NCBI GenBank assembly: GCA_016203535.1 | Contig: JACQMO010000015.1 | Span: 37,295 to 101,294 of the forward strand | Reading direction: 5' to 3' | DNA: 64,000 nucleotides | DNA from: Candidatus Uhrbacteria bacterium | Lineage (GTDB): Bacteria; Patescibacteriota; Patescibacteriia; 2-12-FULL-60-25 | In this document: piece by piece, positions 43,277-51,568 of the stretch | How the letters are laid out: the number at the start of each line of letters is the position of its first letter | How positions within the stretch are numbered: position 1 is the first letter of the stretch | Made by a program: the position numbers and the translations under genes | Notes under the pieces: model-generated | What the model was told of the DNA's origin: nothing | Databases searched by the model: none | What the model saw: the letters and a program-made list of their open reading frames with translations, nothing else

Positions 43277-44361
43277 GCCCTCCACGGAACAAGCCCGCCG
43301 TCCTTGTCGGGATGTCCGGCGGGGTGGATTCCAGCGTGACGGCGGCGATCCTGAAACGCCGGGGGTTCAACGTGGTCGGGGGGTTCATCAAGAACTGGTC
43401 GGACTCGAAGGATCTCTGGACCGGAGAATGCAACTGGCGCGGGGAGCGCCGGGACGCCATCCGCGTGGCGGCGCAGCTGGGAATCCCGGTCCTGACGTTT
43501 GATTTTGAGACGGAATACCGCCGCCGCGTGCTCAAGGATTTTTTTTCCTGTTATGAAGCCGGCGGCACGCCGAACCCGGATGTCCTCTGCAACGAGATGA
43601 TTAAGTTCGGTCTGTTTTTCGAGGCGGCGAAGGACCTCCGGATGGATTTCGTCGCGACGGGGCATTACGCAAGGATCCGGCGGGATCCGGACGGCGTGGC
43701 GCATCTGCGTCGCGGGTCGGATCCGGAGAAGGACCAGTCGTACTTTTTGTATCGGGTCCCGCAGGACGCGCTCAAACAGACCCTGTTTCCCATCGGGCAT
43801 CTCCGGAAAGCAGCGGTCCGGTCGCTGGCAAAACAATGGAAACTGCCCGTTGCCGCGAAACCGGACAGCCAGGGGATCTGCTTCGTGGGAAAATTAGATC
43901 TCGCGGAATTTTTGCGGAAAAAAATTCCGTCGCGTCCGGGCCGCATCGTGAATCCGGACGGAGACCCGCTCGGCCGCCACGACGGCCTCGACCAATACAC
44001 GATCGGTCAGCGCGCCGGAATCCGCGTGAGCCGCGGCGGGAAAGCGTGGTACGTGGCCGGAAAAGACCTGAAGCGCAACGAACTCCTCGTCGTGCCGAGC
44101 GACGATCATCCGTTGCTCTATCGAACCTCGGCGGTCCTGCACGACCTCCGGTGGACGCGTGGCGCGGCGCCAACGATGCCGCTCCGCGGAGACGTCCAGG
44201 TCCGATACCGGCAGCCGCCGGTTCGCGCCGTCCTGACACCGGGAACGAAAAAAGGGACCGTCCATGTCGAATTCGACGCACCAGTGAAGGCGGTCGCGGC
44301 CGGGCAATCCGCCGTGATCTATCGGGGGAAGGAGTGCCTTGGCGGCGGGGTTATCGGGTAG
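43273..44361 (+). CDS. mnmA: tRNA-specific 2-thiouridylase
   Basis: ATGA overlap. PP-loop VGMSGGVDSSV, TPNPDVLCN and KDQSYFL. Confidence 0.93.
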   Translation: MSPPRNKPAVLVGMSGGVDSSVTAAILKRRGFNVVGGFIKNWSDSKDLWTGECNWRGERRDAIRVAAQLGIPVLTFDFETEYRRRVLKDFFSCYEAGGTPNPDVLCNEMIKFGLFFEAAKDLRMDFVATGHYARIRRDPDGVAHLRRGSDPEKDQSYFLYRVPQDALKQTLFPIGHLRKAAVRSLAKQWKLPVAAKPDSQGICFVGKLDLAEFLRKKIPSRPGRIVNPDGDPLGRHDGLDQYTIGQRAGIRVSRGGKAWYVAGKDLKRNELLVVPSDDHPLLYRTSAVLHDLRWTRGAAPTMPLRGDVQVRYRQPPVRAVLTPGTKKGTVHVEFDAPVKAVAAGQSAVIYRGKECLGGGVIG

Positions 44362-44373
44362 TACACTCCCGCC

Positions 44374-45183
44374 ATGTCGGAGCGGTCCATACGGGTTGAG
44401 TGGATTTCCCTCGTCTACCTGGCTTTTTTCGTGCTCGCGGTGCTTTCACCGTCGCTCGTCCGCAGCAACTGGTTCGGGATCGAGGAACGCCACGTGGAAG
44501 AAGTGCTGATCTTCTTGTTCGGGATCGTCGGACTTTCCATCTTCTCAACCTACCAGCGCATCATGGAACGGCATGAGCGAGAGCACGAGGACGCGAAGAA
44601 CGAATACGACCGTGCGAAGCGGGAACTCGTGGAGTCCTACAAATACATCGGCGCCATCAACCGCCAGATCGACGTGCTGAAGCGCGTTGCGAACCAGACG
44701 TCGCTCTCCATCGTGGAAAGCGACCATCTGGCGAAGGACCTCCTGACCACGCTCGTCTCGAGCGCGGCCGCGAGCGTCGGGGCGCGTTCCGCGTTCCTCC
44801 GGTGCATCGAGCAGGACAAACTGCGGACGGAATACGAAGTCCACCATGCCGCGGACGGCGAAACGGCGGTGAAGATTTCCAATAAGGACCTGGTCAGCAT
44901 CCATGCGACGGGCCGGTCGCACGCCGCGGTGCGGTCCGAGGACGGGCGCGAAATCCTCGTCGTGCCGTCGGATCGGCAGGGGACGCGGCTCAAGGCGTAT
45001 CTCATCATCGGGATGCCCGAAGGTGGGGAGTCGCACGTCGACCCTTCGCTCTTGAAAGTTTTCGTCAATCAGGCAGAGTTATTGCGTCACGCGCTGAACC
45101 GACCCGCGAAATCGGGCACGACCCCGATCGAGCTCGTCCATGAGGCCGAACGACAGGCGATCGGCGTCGTCCGGAGCGAATAG
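44374..45183 (+). CDS. Hypothetical membrane protein (2 TM plus coiled-coil plus possible GAF-like sensor domain)
   Basis: TMs are ISLVYLAFFVLAVL and VLIFLFGIVGLSIF. The soluble C-terminal domain belongs to no family I recognise. Confidence 0.6.
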   Translation: MSERSIRVEWISLVYLAFFVLAVLSPSLVRSNWFGIEERHVEEVLIFLFGIVGLSIFSTYQRIMERHEREHEDAKNEYDRAKRELVESYKYIGAINRQIDVLKRVANQTSLSIVESDHLAKDLLTTLVSSAAASVGARSAFLRCIEQDKLRTEYEVHHAADGETAVKISNKDLVSIHATGRSHAAVRSEDGREILVVPSDRQGTRLKAYLIIGMPEGGESHVDPSLLKVFVNQAELLRHALNRPAKSGTTPIELVHEAERQAIGVVRSE

Positions 45184-45198
45184 ACCAACAGAGTTTCC

Positions 45199-47070
45199 AT
45201 GACCCTGAACCAACTGCGGCAGTCATTCCTGGATTTTTTCCGGGAGAAGGGGCACGCCATCATCCCGTCCGCGTCGCTTGTCCCGGAAAACGACCCCACG
45301 GTGCTGTTCACGACCGCGGGGATGCATCCGCTTGTCCCGTATCTCATCGGAGAGAAGCACCCGATGGGGACGCGCCTCGCCAACGCGCAAAAATGCCTGC
45401 GGACGGACGATATCGACGAGGTCGGCGACAACCGGCACCTGACGTTTTTCGAGATGCTCGGCAATTGGTCGCTCGGCGACTACTTCAAACCGGAGGCGAT
45501 CGGATGGTCGTTCGAGTTCCTGACCTCGCCGCGGTGGCTCGGACTCGATCCGGAGCGGTTGTTCGTAACCGTCTTCGCGGGCGATGCGGATGCGCCGAAA
45601 GACGACGAGTCCGTCGGGATCTGGCAATCGCAATTCGAGGTCGCGGGCATCGCGGCGGAAGAGGGCGCGGTCGGAACGGATGCGCCGGCGGACGGACCGA
45701 ACGGCCCCCGCATCTACGCCTACCCGAAAAAACAGAATTGGTGGGGTCCGGCGGGGCAAACCGGCCCCTGCGGCCCGGACACGGAGATGTTTTTCGATAC
45801 GCGAACGCCTCACGATCCCGTTTCCGGCCCGGCGTGCCACCCGAACTGCGACTGCGGGCGGTTCGTCGAGATCTGGAACGACGTGTTCATGGAGTATGAG
45901 AAAGTCGGTAGCCCCTCGATCGGCTCCGGGACGAAATTTGTCCCGTTGAAACAAAAAAACGTGGACACCGGCATGGGGCTCGAGCGCATGGCCGCGGTCA
46001 TGCAAGGGGTCCCGACCGTGTTCGATATTCAGGAAATGAAGGTGATCGCCGACGCGATCCAGCGTCTCATTCCTCCCGGCCCGCCCGCCGCTTCGACCGC
46101 GTCTCTTCGCATCATCGCCGACCACCTGCGCGCGGCCGTGTTCGTTATCGGAGATCCTCGCGGGGTCGCGCCGTCGAACGTCGGGCAGGGGTATATCGTC
46201 CGACGGCTGCTCCGACGCGCCATCCGCGAGGGACGCCGCCTGGGCATTCCAGGGACGTTCATCGCCGATGTGGCCGCGGTCATCATCGGCCAATACGGAG
46301 AGGCGTACCGGGAGCTGGAAACGAACCGCGGCCGAATCATCGAGGAGCTCGAACGGGAAGAGGAAAAGTTCGGCAAAACGCTCGAACGCGGTCTGAAGGA
46401 ATTCGAAAAAATGAGCCGCGACAGGACCATTTCCGGCGCCGAAGCGTTCGACCTGTTCCAGACCTACGGGTTTCCGCTCGAGCTCACCCAGGAGCTGATC
46501 GGCGAGCGCGGCGGAAACCTTGACGTGGCCGCGTTCCGCGAGGAATTCCGCAAACACCAGGAGCTGTCACGTGGAGCCGCCGGCGTGTTCAAAGGCGGGC
46601 TAGCGGACCACTCCGCGGAAACGACGCGGCTGCACACGGCGACGCACCTGCTGCATCGCGCGTTGAAGAACGTGCTGGGCGATCATGTGGAGCAAAAGGG
46701 GAGCAACATCACGGCGGAACGGCTGCGATTCGACTTTTCGCACCCGTCGAAATTGACGCCGGAGGAGTTCGCGAAGGTCGAAGGGATGGTGAACGACGCG
46801 ATCCGCCAGGACTTGCCCGTCCGGTTTGAGGAAATGACCGTCGAAGAGGCGAAGGAACGCGGCGCCATTGGCCTGTTCGAAGAAAAGTACGGGGAGAAGA
46901 TAAAAGTGTACTTCATCGGGGATGAGAAGAACGATTTTTCGAAGGAAATCTGCGGCGGGCCGCACGTCGTGCATACGGGCGAATTGGGGTCGTTCACGAT
47001 CCTGAAGGAAGAGGCGGTCGCAGCGGGCGTACGGCGGATCAAAGCGACGGTTTCCGGAACGCGGGATTGA
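45199..47070 (+). CDS. alaS: Alanine--tRNA ligase, short form (no C-Ala domain)
   Basis: FTTAGMHP, NWSLGDYFK, WNDVFME, the editing-site HTATHLL and CGGPHV. It is 623 aa and ends after the editing domain. Confidence 0.92.
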   Translation: MTLNQLRQSFLDFFREKGHAIIPSASLVPENDPTVLFTTAGMHPLVPYLIGEKHPMGTRLANAQKCLRTDDIDEVGDNRHLTFFEMLGNWSLGDYFKPEAIGWSFEFLTSPRWLGLDPERLFVTVFAGDADAPKDDESVGIWQSQFEVAGIAAEEGAVGTDAPADGPNGPRIYAYPKKQNWWGPAGQTGPCGPDTEMFFDTRTPHDPVSGPACHPNCDCGRFVEIWNDVFMEYEKVGSPSIGSGTKFVPLKQKNVDTGMGLERMAAVMQGVPTVFDIQEMKVIADAIQRLIPPGPPAASTASLRIIADHLRAAVFVIGDPRGVAPSNVGQGYIVRRLLRRAIREGRRLGIPGTFIADVAAVIIGQYGEAYRELETNRGRIIEELEREEEKFGKTLERGLKEFEKMSRDRTISGAEAFDLFQTYGFPLELTQELIGERGGNLDVAAFREEFRKHQELSRGAAGVFKGGLADHSAETTRLHTATHLLHRALKNVLGDHVEQKGSNITAERLRFDFSHPSKLTPEEFAKVEGMVNDAIRQDLPVRFEEMTVEEAKERGAIGLFEEKYGEKIKVYFIGDEKNDFSKEICGGPHVVHTGELGSFTILKEEAVAAGVRRIKATVSGTRD

Positions 47071-47123
47071 CGACCGGTCGAGCCGCACGGTACAACGACC
47101 GAGCTCATTGAGAGGAGGCACGG

Positions 47124-47543
47124 ATGACGTCCACGTTTGCTGCGCGCGCGGTTCTCGTACACGCGCTTCTGTCGGGCTGCGCATTCGCGCCGCCTCGGCC
47201 GCCGGACGCGGCGCCGAAACCGTTCGTCGAATGTACGCCGACCATCACGATCGCGCCGGTTCCGCAGCCGGAGAGCGAGATCCCGACGGTCCGGATCAAC
47301 CAGGCGGACTGTCTCGCTTGGCACCCGTCGCTCGAATCCGGCAAGCTGCTTGCCGTCTCGCGCGCCGGGGAGTTCCTCGCGATTTTCCCGATCCGCGCAG
47401 ATCGGGGGTCGTACGGCGAGGCCAGGCGTCTCATCGTCGAGCACGGCGAACCCATCTCGGCGTCGTTCCTTCCTCCGGGATGGATGATCTTCTGTCCGCG
47501 GCCGAAACCGATCGTCGAACCGTTGACGCCGTATCTCTTCTGA
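47124..47543 (+). CDS. Hypothetical lipoprotein
   Basis: GAGGAGG SD and a lipobox LLSGC at residues 15-19. Confidence 0.6.
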   Translation: MTSTFAARAVLVHALLSGCAFAPPRPPDAAPKPFVECTPTITIAPVPQPESEIPTVRINQADCLAWHPSLESGKLLAVSRAGEFLAIFPIRADRGSYGEARRLIVEHGEPISASFLPPGWMIFCPRPKPIVEPLTPYLF

Positions 47544-47563
47544 CGCCCCCCTCGGCGTTTTTT
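47542..47563 (+). terminator. Rho-independent terminator
   Basis: GACGCC-CCCCTC-GGCGTT stem-loop followed by TTTTT. It overlaps the lipoprotein stop. Confidence 0.55.
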
Positions 47564-47627
47564 GTTGACGCACACCCGTCTCTCCTGTAACCTTTCGTCT
47601 AAGGAATGATAAAAAACGACGCAATAT

Positions 47628-47861
47628 ATGGCTGAAGCCGCCCACGGAACCGGGAAGGATTTTTTAGTTGTCAAAGGCGTGGTCGAAGAGAATTTGCCCG
47701 GGGCGACGTTCAAGGTCCGTTTGGAGAACGGACACGCGATTTTGTGTCATTTATCAGGAAAATTGAGGATGAACCGCATTCGGATTACCCCCGGAGATGA
47801 GGTTCAGGTCGAAATGACCCCCTATGATTTGACAAAGGGGCGTATTATCTATAGATTATAG
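47628..47861 (+). CDS. infA: Translation initiation factor IF-1
   Basis: S1-like core [45 protein letters not shown]. Confidence 0.93.
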   Translation: MAEAAHGTGKDFLVVKGVVEENLPGATFKVRLENGHAILCHLSGKLRMNRIRITPGDEVQVEMTPYDLTKGRIIYRL

Positions 47862-47868
47862 CGCACTT

Positions 47869-47985
47869 ATGAAAGTGCGCGCCTCTGTCAAATCCATGTG
47901 CCGCGACTGCCAGGTCGTGCGCCGGAAGGGGCGCGTGGTGGTGATTTGCAAGAAAAATCCTAAGCATAAACAACGGCAAGGATGA
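47869..47985 (+). CDS. rpmJ: 50S ribosomal protein L36
   Basis: Translated by hand: [38 protein letters not shown]. It is below the ORF-track length cut-off and sits in the canonical position between infA and rpsM. Confidence 0.9.
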   Translation: MKVRASVKSMCRDCQVVRRKGRVVVICKKNPKHKQRQG

Positions 47986-48031
47986 GGCGAGTTCACAAAC
48001 TCAATTCCCCCGGCTGAATTGTCCAACACCT

Positions 48032-48418
48032 ATGGCCCGCATCGCAGGCGTCACCCTCCCATCCCAAAAGCGCATTGATGTCGCGTTGACGTACATCTAC
48101 GGCATCGGCACGACGACCGCGACGAAGATTCTCGCGGAGTCCGGCGTGCCGGCGACGGTCCGCGTGAAGGACCTCACGGACGCTCAGGCGAACAAGATCC
48201 GCGAGCTCGTGGAGAAGCAGCATCGCGTCGAAGGGGAATTGCGTCGCGAAGTTTTGGGGAACATCAAGCGCCTGAAGGAGATCGGGGCGTACCGTGGCGT
48301 GCGACACATCAAGAGCCTTCCGGTCCGGGGGCAGCGGACGAAGACGAATTCCCGCACCGTCCGCGGCAATGTCCGGCGCACGATGGGATCCGGGAAACGG
48401 AAACTCGAAAAGACCTAA
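48032..48418 (+). CDS. rpsM: 30S ribosomal protein S13
   Basis: [26 protein letters not shown]. Confidence 0.95.
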   Translation: MARIAGVTLPSQKRIDVALTYIYGIGTTTATKILAESGVPATVRVKDLTDAQANKIRELVEKQHRVEGELRREVLGNIKRLKEIGAYRGVRHIKSLPVRGQRTKTNSRTVRGNVRRTMGSGKRKLEKT

Positions 48419-48421
48419 ACG

Positions 48422-48892
48422 ATGGATATGGAGTTGGACACCCAGCAACAGGCGGTTGAGACCCCCGCCGCCCCGGAAACCGGAGCGGCGAAGAAGGCGT
48501 CGAAAACCGCAAAGCCGCGACGGAAAGCCGCGAAAGCCCAAAAGCAGGTCTCGCACGGGAAGGCGTACGTGCAGGCGACGTACAACAACACCATCGTGAC
48601 GCTCACGGACCTGAACGGGAATGTGTTGAGCTGGTCGAGCGCCGGGTCGTCCGGCTTCAAGGGTCCGAAGAAAGCGACCCCCTATGCCGCCTCCCTTGTG
48701 GTTCGCAACGCCGTGGAAAAGGCCGCCGCGTACGGGCTGCGCGAAGTGAGCCTGTTCATTTCCGGCGTCGGACAGGGCCGCGAAGGGGCGATCCGAGCGT
48801 TCCACGCGCAGAATATCGGCGTGCTTTCCATCAAGGACGTGACGCCGATCCCACATAACGGATGCCGTCCCCCCCGGCCGCGCCGCGTCTAA
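48422..48892 (+). CDS. rpsK: 30S ribosomal protein S11 (with Lys/Ala-rich N-terminal extension)
   Basis: GKAYVQATYNNTIVTLTD..GN..SWSSAG..GFKG.KK.TPYAA. Confidence 0.95.
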   Translation: MDMELDTQQQAVETPAAPETGAAKKASKTAKPRRKAAKAQKQVSHGKAYVQATYNNTIVTLTDLNGNVLSWSSAGSSGFKGPKKATPYAASLVVRNAVEKAAAYGLREVSLFISGVGQGREGAIRAFHAQNIGVLSIKDVTPIPHNGCRPPRPRRV

Positions 48893-48896
48893 CCAT

Positions 48897-49505
48897 ATGA
48901 AGACCCTGAAGATCACGTGCAAAATGTGCCGCCGCGAAGGCGTGTCCTTGTGCGGACGCGAAAAGTGCGCCGTGAAGCGCCGACCGTATCCGCCGGGGGT
49001 CCATGGCCCGAAAGGGTCCGGCCGCCAGACGGACTATGCGAAGCAGCTGCGCGAGAAGCAGAAGGCGAAGCGCTTGTACGGTGTGAACGAGCAGCAGTTC
49101 CGCAATTACTTTAAGAAAGCGCTCAACATGAAAGGGGATTCCGGCGAAAACCTGATGCGCCTCTTGGAGATGCGGCTCGACAACGCCGTGTACCGCGCCG
49201 GATTCGCGAAAAGCCGGCCGATGGCGCGCCAGGCCGTGTCCCACGCCCACGTCTCGGTCAACGGCAAAAGGGTAGACATCGCCTCGTACATGGTGAAGTC
49301 GGGGGACGTCATCCAGATCCGCGAACAGAAACGGCAGAAGGGGCTTTGGAAGACGCTCGCGGACGATCTCCAAAAGAAAGAAGGGCCGTCGTGGATCAGC
49401 GTGAATGCGGACGCGCTGGAAGCGAAGGTCACCAGCCAGCCGGCGGCGCAGGATATGCTCCAGCCGTTCGACGCCAAGCTCATCATCGAATTTTATTCCC
49501 GCTAA
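48897..49505 (+). CDS. rpsD: 30S ribosomal protein S4
   Basis: CKMCRREG..LCGREKCA zinc-ribbon-like N-terminus, SDYAKQLREKQK, and an S4 RNA-binding domain. Confidence 0.95.
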   Translation: MKTLKITCKMCRREGVSLCGREKCAVKRRPYPPGVHGPKGSGRQTDYAKQLREKQKAKRLYGVNEQQFRNYFKKALNMKGDSGENLMRLLEMRLDNAVYRAGFAKSRPMARQAVSHAHVSVNGKRVDIASYMVKSGDVIQIREQKRQKGLWKTLADDLQKKEGPSWISVNADALEAKVTSQPAAQDMLQPFDAKLIIEFYSR

Positions 49506-49521
49506 GGTGCCTTTTTCACCT

Positions 49522-50226
49522 ATGGAGTCCATCCTTCTCCCGTCTAAGATCCGTTTCTCCAAAGGGGAGCGGCCGCATGAGGGGGTCCTCACGGTCGAAC
49601 CCTGCACACAGGGGTACGGGACGACGCTCGGCAACGCCCTGCGCCGCGTGTTGCTGTCCTCGCTGCCCGGCGCGGCGGTGACGGCGGTGAAGATCAAGGG
49701 GGTCGACCATGAATTTTCGACCATTCCGCACGTGAAGGAGGACGCGCTCGAAATTATTTTGAACCTGAAGACGCTCCGCCTGAAGCTCCACGCGGAAGAG
49801 CCGGTGAAGCTCACCCTGTCCGTCAAGGGCGAGAAGGCGGTCACCGCCAAGGATTTTTCGAAGAACGCGGACGTCGAGATCGTGAACGGGGATCTCGTCC
49901 TCGCGACCCTCACCGACAAGGCCGCATCGCTTGAAATGGAAATCACCGTGGGGCCCGGGCGCGGCTATAAGTCCACGGAGGAGCGCGCAAAGGAAAAACT
50001 GGAACTGGGCACGATCGCGATTGACGCGCTCTACAGCCCGGTGCTGAACGTCTCGTACAAAGTGATGGCGACGCGCGTCGGCGAACGGACGGACTACGAC
50101 AAGCTCGTGCTCCACATCGAGACGGACGGGACGGTGGATCCGCTGGACGCCTGCACGCAGGCGGTCGCGATTTTGCTCGACCACTTCCAGCTCCTGAATA
50201 ACCTGACGTATGAGGCATCGGAATAA
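49522..50226 (+). CDS. rpoA: DNA-directed RNA polymerase alpha subunit, N-terminal domain only
   Basis: GYGTTLGNALRRVLLSSLPGAAVTAVKI.GV.HEFS. It is 234 aa and stops where the inter-domain linker normally begins. rplQ overlaps its last 17 nt. Confidence 0.9.
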   Translation: MESILLPSKIRFSKGERPHEGVLTVEPCTQGYGTTLGNALRRVLLSSLPGAAVTAVKIKGVDHEFSTIPHVKEDALEIILNLKTLRLKLHAEEPVKLTLSVKGEKAVTAKDFSKNADVEIVNGDLVLATLTDKAASLEMEITVGPGRGYKSTEERAKEKLELGTIAIDALYSPVLNVSYKVMATRVGERTDYDKLVLHIETDGTVDPLDACTQAVAILLDHFQLLNNLTYEASE

Positions 50227-50566
50227 GGGAAAGGTGTTCGGCCGCGAAAAAGGGCCGCGGGACGCGATGCTCCGGAATCTGGCGCAGTCGGTGATTTTGT
50301 ATGAGCGCGTGAACACCACGCTTCCGAAGGCGAAGGCCGTGCGGTCGATGGTGGAAAAACTGATCACGACCGGTCGCGAGAAAACGCTCACGTCCCGTCG
50401 GAAATTGGCGCGCGTCCTGACCGTCGAGTCCGCCGTCAACAAGGTGCTGGAAGAACTGGGACCCCGGTATGCGGCGCGGCCGGGCGGGTATACGCGTATC
50501 ATCAAGCTCGGACGCCGGGAGGGCGACGGCGCGGACATCGCGCAGCTTCAACTCATTAAAGACTAG
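50210..50566 (+). CDS. rplQ: 50S ribosomal protein L17
   Basis: MRHRNKGKVFGREKGPRDAMLRNLA... Confidence 0.95.
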   Translation: MRHRNKGKVFGREKGPRDAMLRNLAQSVILYERVNTTLPKAKAVRSMVEKLITTGREKTLTSRRKLARVLTVESAVNKVLEELGPRYAARPGGYTRIIKLGRREGDGADIAQLQLIKD

Positions 50567-50601
50567 CTACGGTCTACCGTCTACGGTCTATTGTCTATAC
50601 G
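50567..50601. repeat. Tandem heptamer array CTACGGT|CTACCGT|CTACGGT|CTATTGT|CTATACG
   Basis: Read directly. It fills the whole rplQ-rplM spacer, from the TAG stop to 1 nt before the ATG. Confidence 0.9.
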
Positions 50602-50602
50602 T

Positions 50603-50986
50603 ATGTCGTGGAACAAGAAACGGGGGATGCCGAAGGTGGAGCGTACGGTCCACGAGATCGACGCGGCCGGGAAGGTCGTGGGTCGTCTGGCGACGGACAT
50701 CGCGAAGCTGCTCATGGGGAAGCATAAGCCGACCATGGTTCCGCATATCGACGCGGGAGATATCGTCAAAGTGATGAACGCGGCGAAGATCGTTTTCACC
50801 GGAAAGAAGTGGGAGCAGAAAAAGCACTTTCGGAGTTCAAACCGACCCGGCGGCATCACGGCGACGCCGGTTTCCGTGCTTCGAGAGACGAACCCCGGAG
50901 AGATTCTCCGGCATGCCGTGAAGTACATGCTTCCGAAGAACCGCACGCAATCCGAACGGCTCAAACGATTGATTATCGTGAAATAA
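50603..50986 (+). CDS. rplM: 50S ribosomal protein L13
   Basis: VHEIDAAGKVVGRLATDIAKLLMGKHKP... Confidence 0.93.
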   Translation: MSWNKKRGMPKVERTVHEIDAAGKVVGRLATDIAKLLMGKHKPTMVPHIDAGDIVKVMNAAKIVFTGKKWEQKKHFRSSNRPGGITATPVSVLRETNPGEILRHAVKYMLPKNRTQSERLKRLIIVK

Positions 50987-50988
50987 CT

Positions 50989-51522
50989 ATGACTCCGACA
51001 CCCAAAAAGACCGCTGCCAAACCGAAAGCCGCGAAGGCCGCGCCGAAGAAAACAACGAAGAAAGCTCCGGCAAGCGATGTGACGGTCGTTGCGGAGTCCG
51101 AGAACATGGCTGCGGCGGAAAACGCGAAAGGCGGATCGTTCATCCCGGCCCTCGGCCGCCGGAAGACCTCCATTGCGCGCGTTCGGCTGATCAAGAACGG
51201 AAAGGGGATCATTACGGTGAACGGGCGCGAGATGGAAAAATATTTCTCCACGTACGAACTCCGCGATGACGTGGTAAGCCCGCTTCGGGCCGTCGGGCAG
51301 GAGACGACGCTCGACGTGAGCGCTCTCGTGAGCGGAGGCGGAATCCGCGGTCAGGCGCAGGCCATCCGGCTCGCCGTCGCCCGCGCGCTAACGGAATTGA
51401 ACCCGACGTTCCGCGTTGCGCTGAAGAAGTTGGGATACCTGACCCGCGATCCGCGGAAGCGCGAGCGGAAGAAATTCGGCCGCAAAAGCGCCCGCCGCAG
51501 TCCGCAGTGGAGCAAGCGGTAA
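50989..51522 (+). CDS. rpsI: 30S ribosomal protein S9 (Lys/Ala-rich N-terminal extension)
   Basis: GRRKTSIARVRL..G.G.I.VNGR...GGG..GQA.A...A.ARAL...RDPR..ERKK.G..KARR..Q.SKR. Confidence 0.93.
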   Translation: MTPTPKKTAAKPKAAKAAPKKTTKKAPASDVTVVAESENMAAAENAKGGSFIPALGRRKTSIARVRLIKNGKGIITVNGREMEKYFSTYELRDDVVSPLRAVGQETTLDVSALVSGGGIRGQAQAIRLAVARALTELNPTFRVALKKLGYLTRDPRKRERKKFGRKSARRSPQWSKR

Positions 51523-51525
51523 GAA

Positions 51526-51556
51526 GCAAAAACGTGCGCACATGCGCACGTTTTGC
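51526..51556. terminator. Bidirectional rho-independent terminator
   Basis: GCAAAAACGTGCGCA-CA-TGCGCACGTTTTGC: the GC core of the stem is flanked by an A-run and a T-run. Confidence 0.65.
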
Positions 51557-51568
51557 TACCCTTTACGC

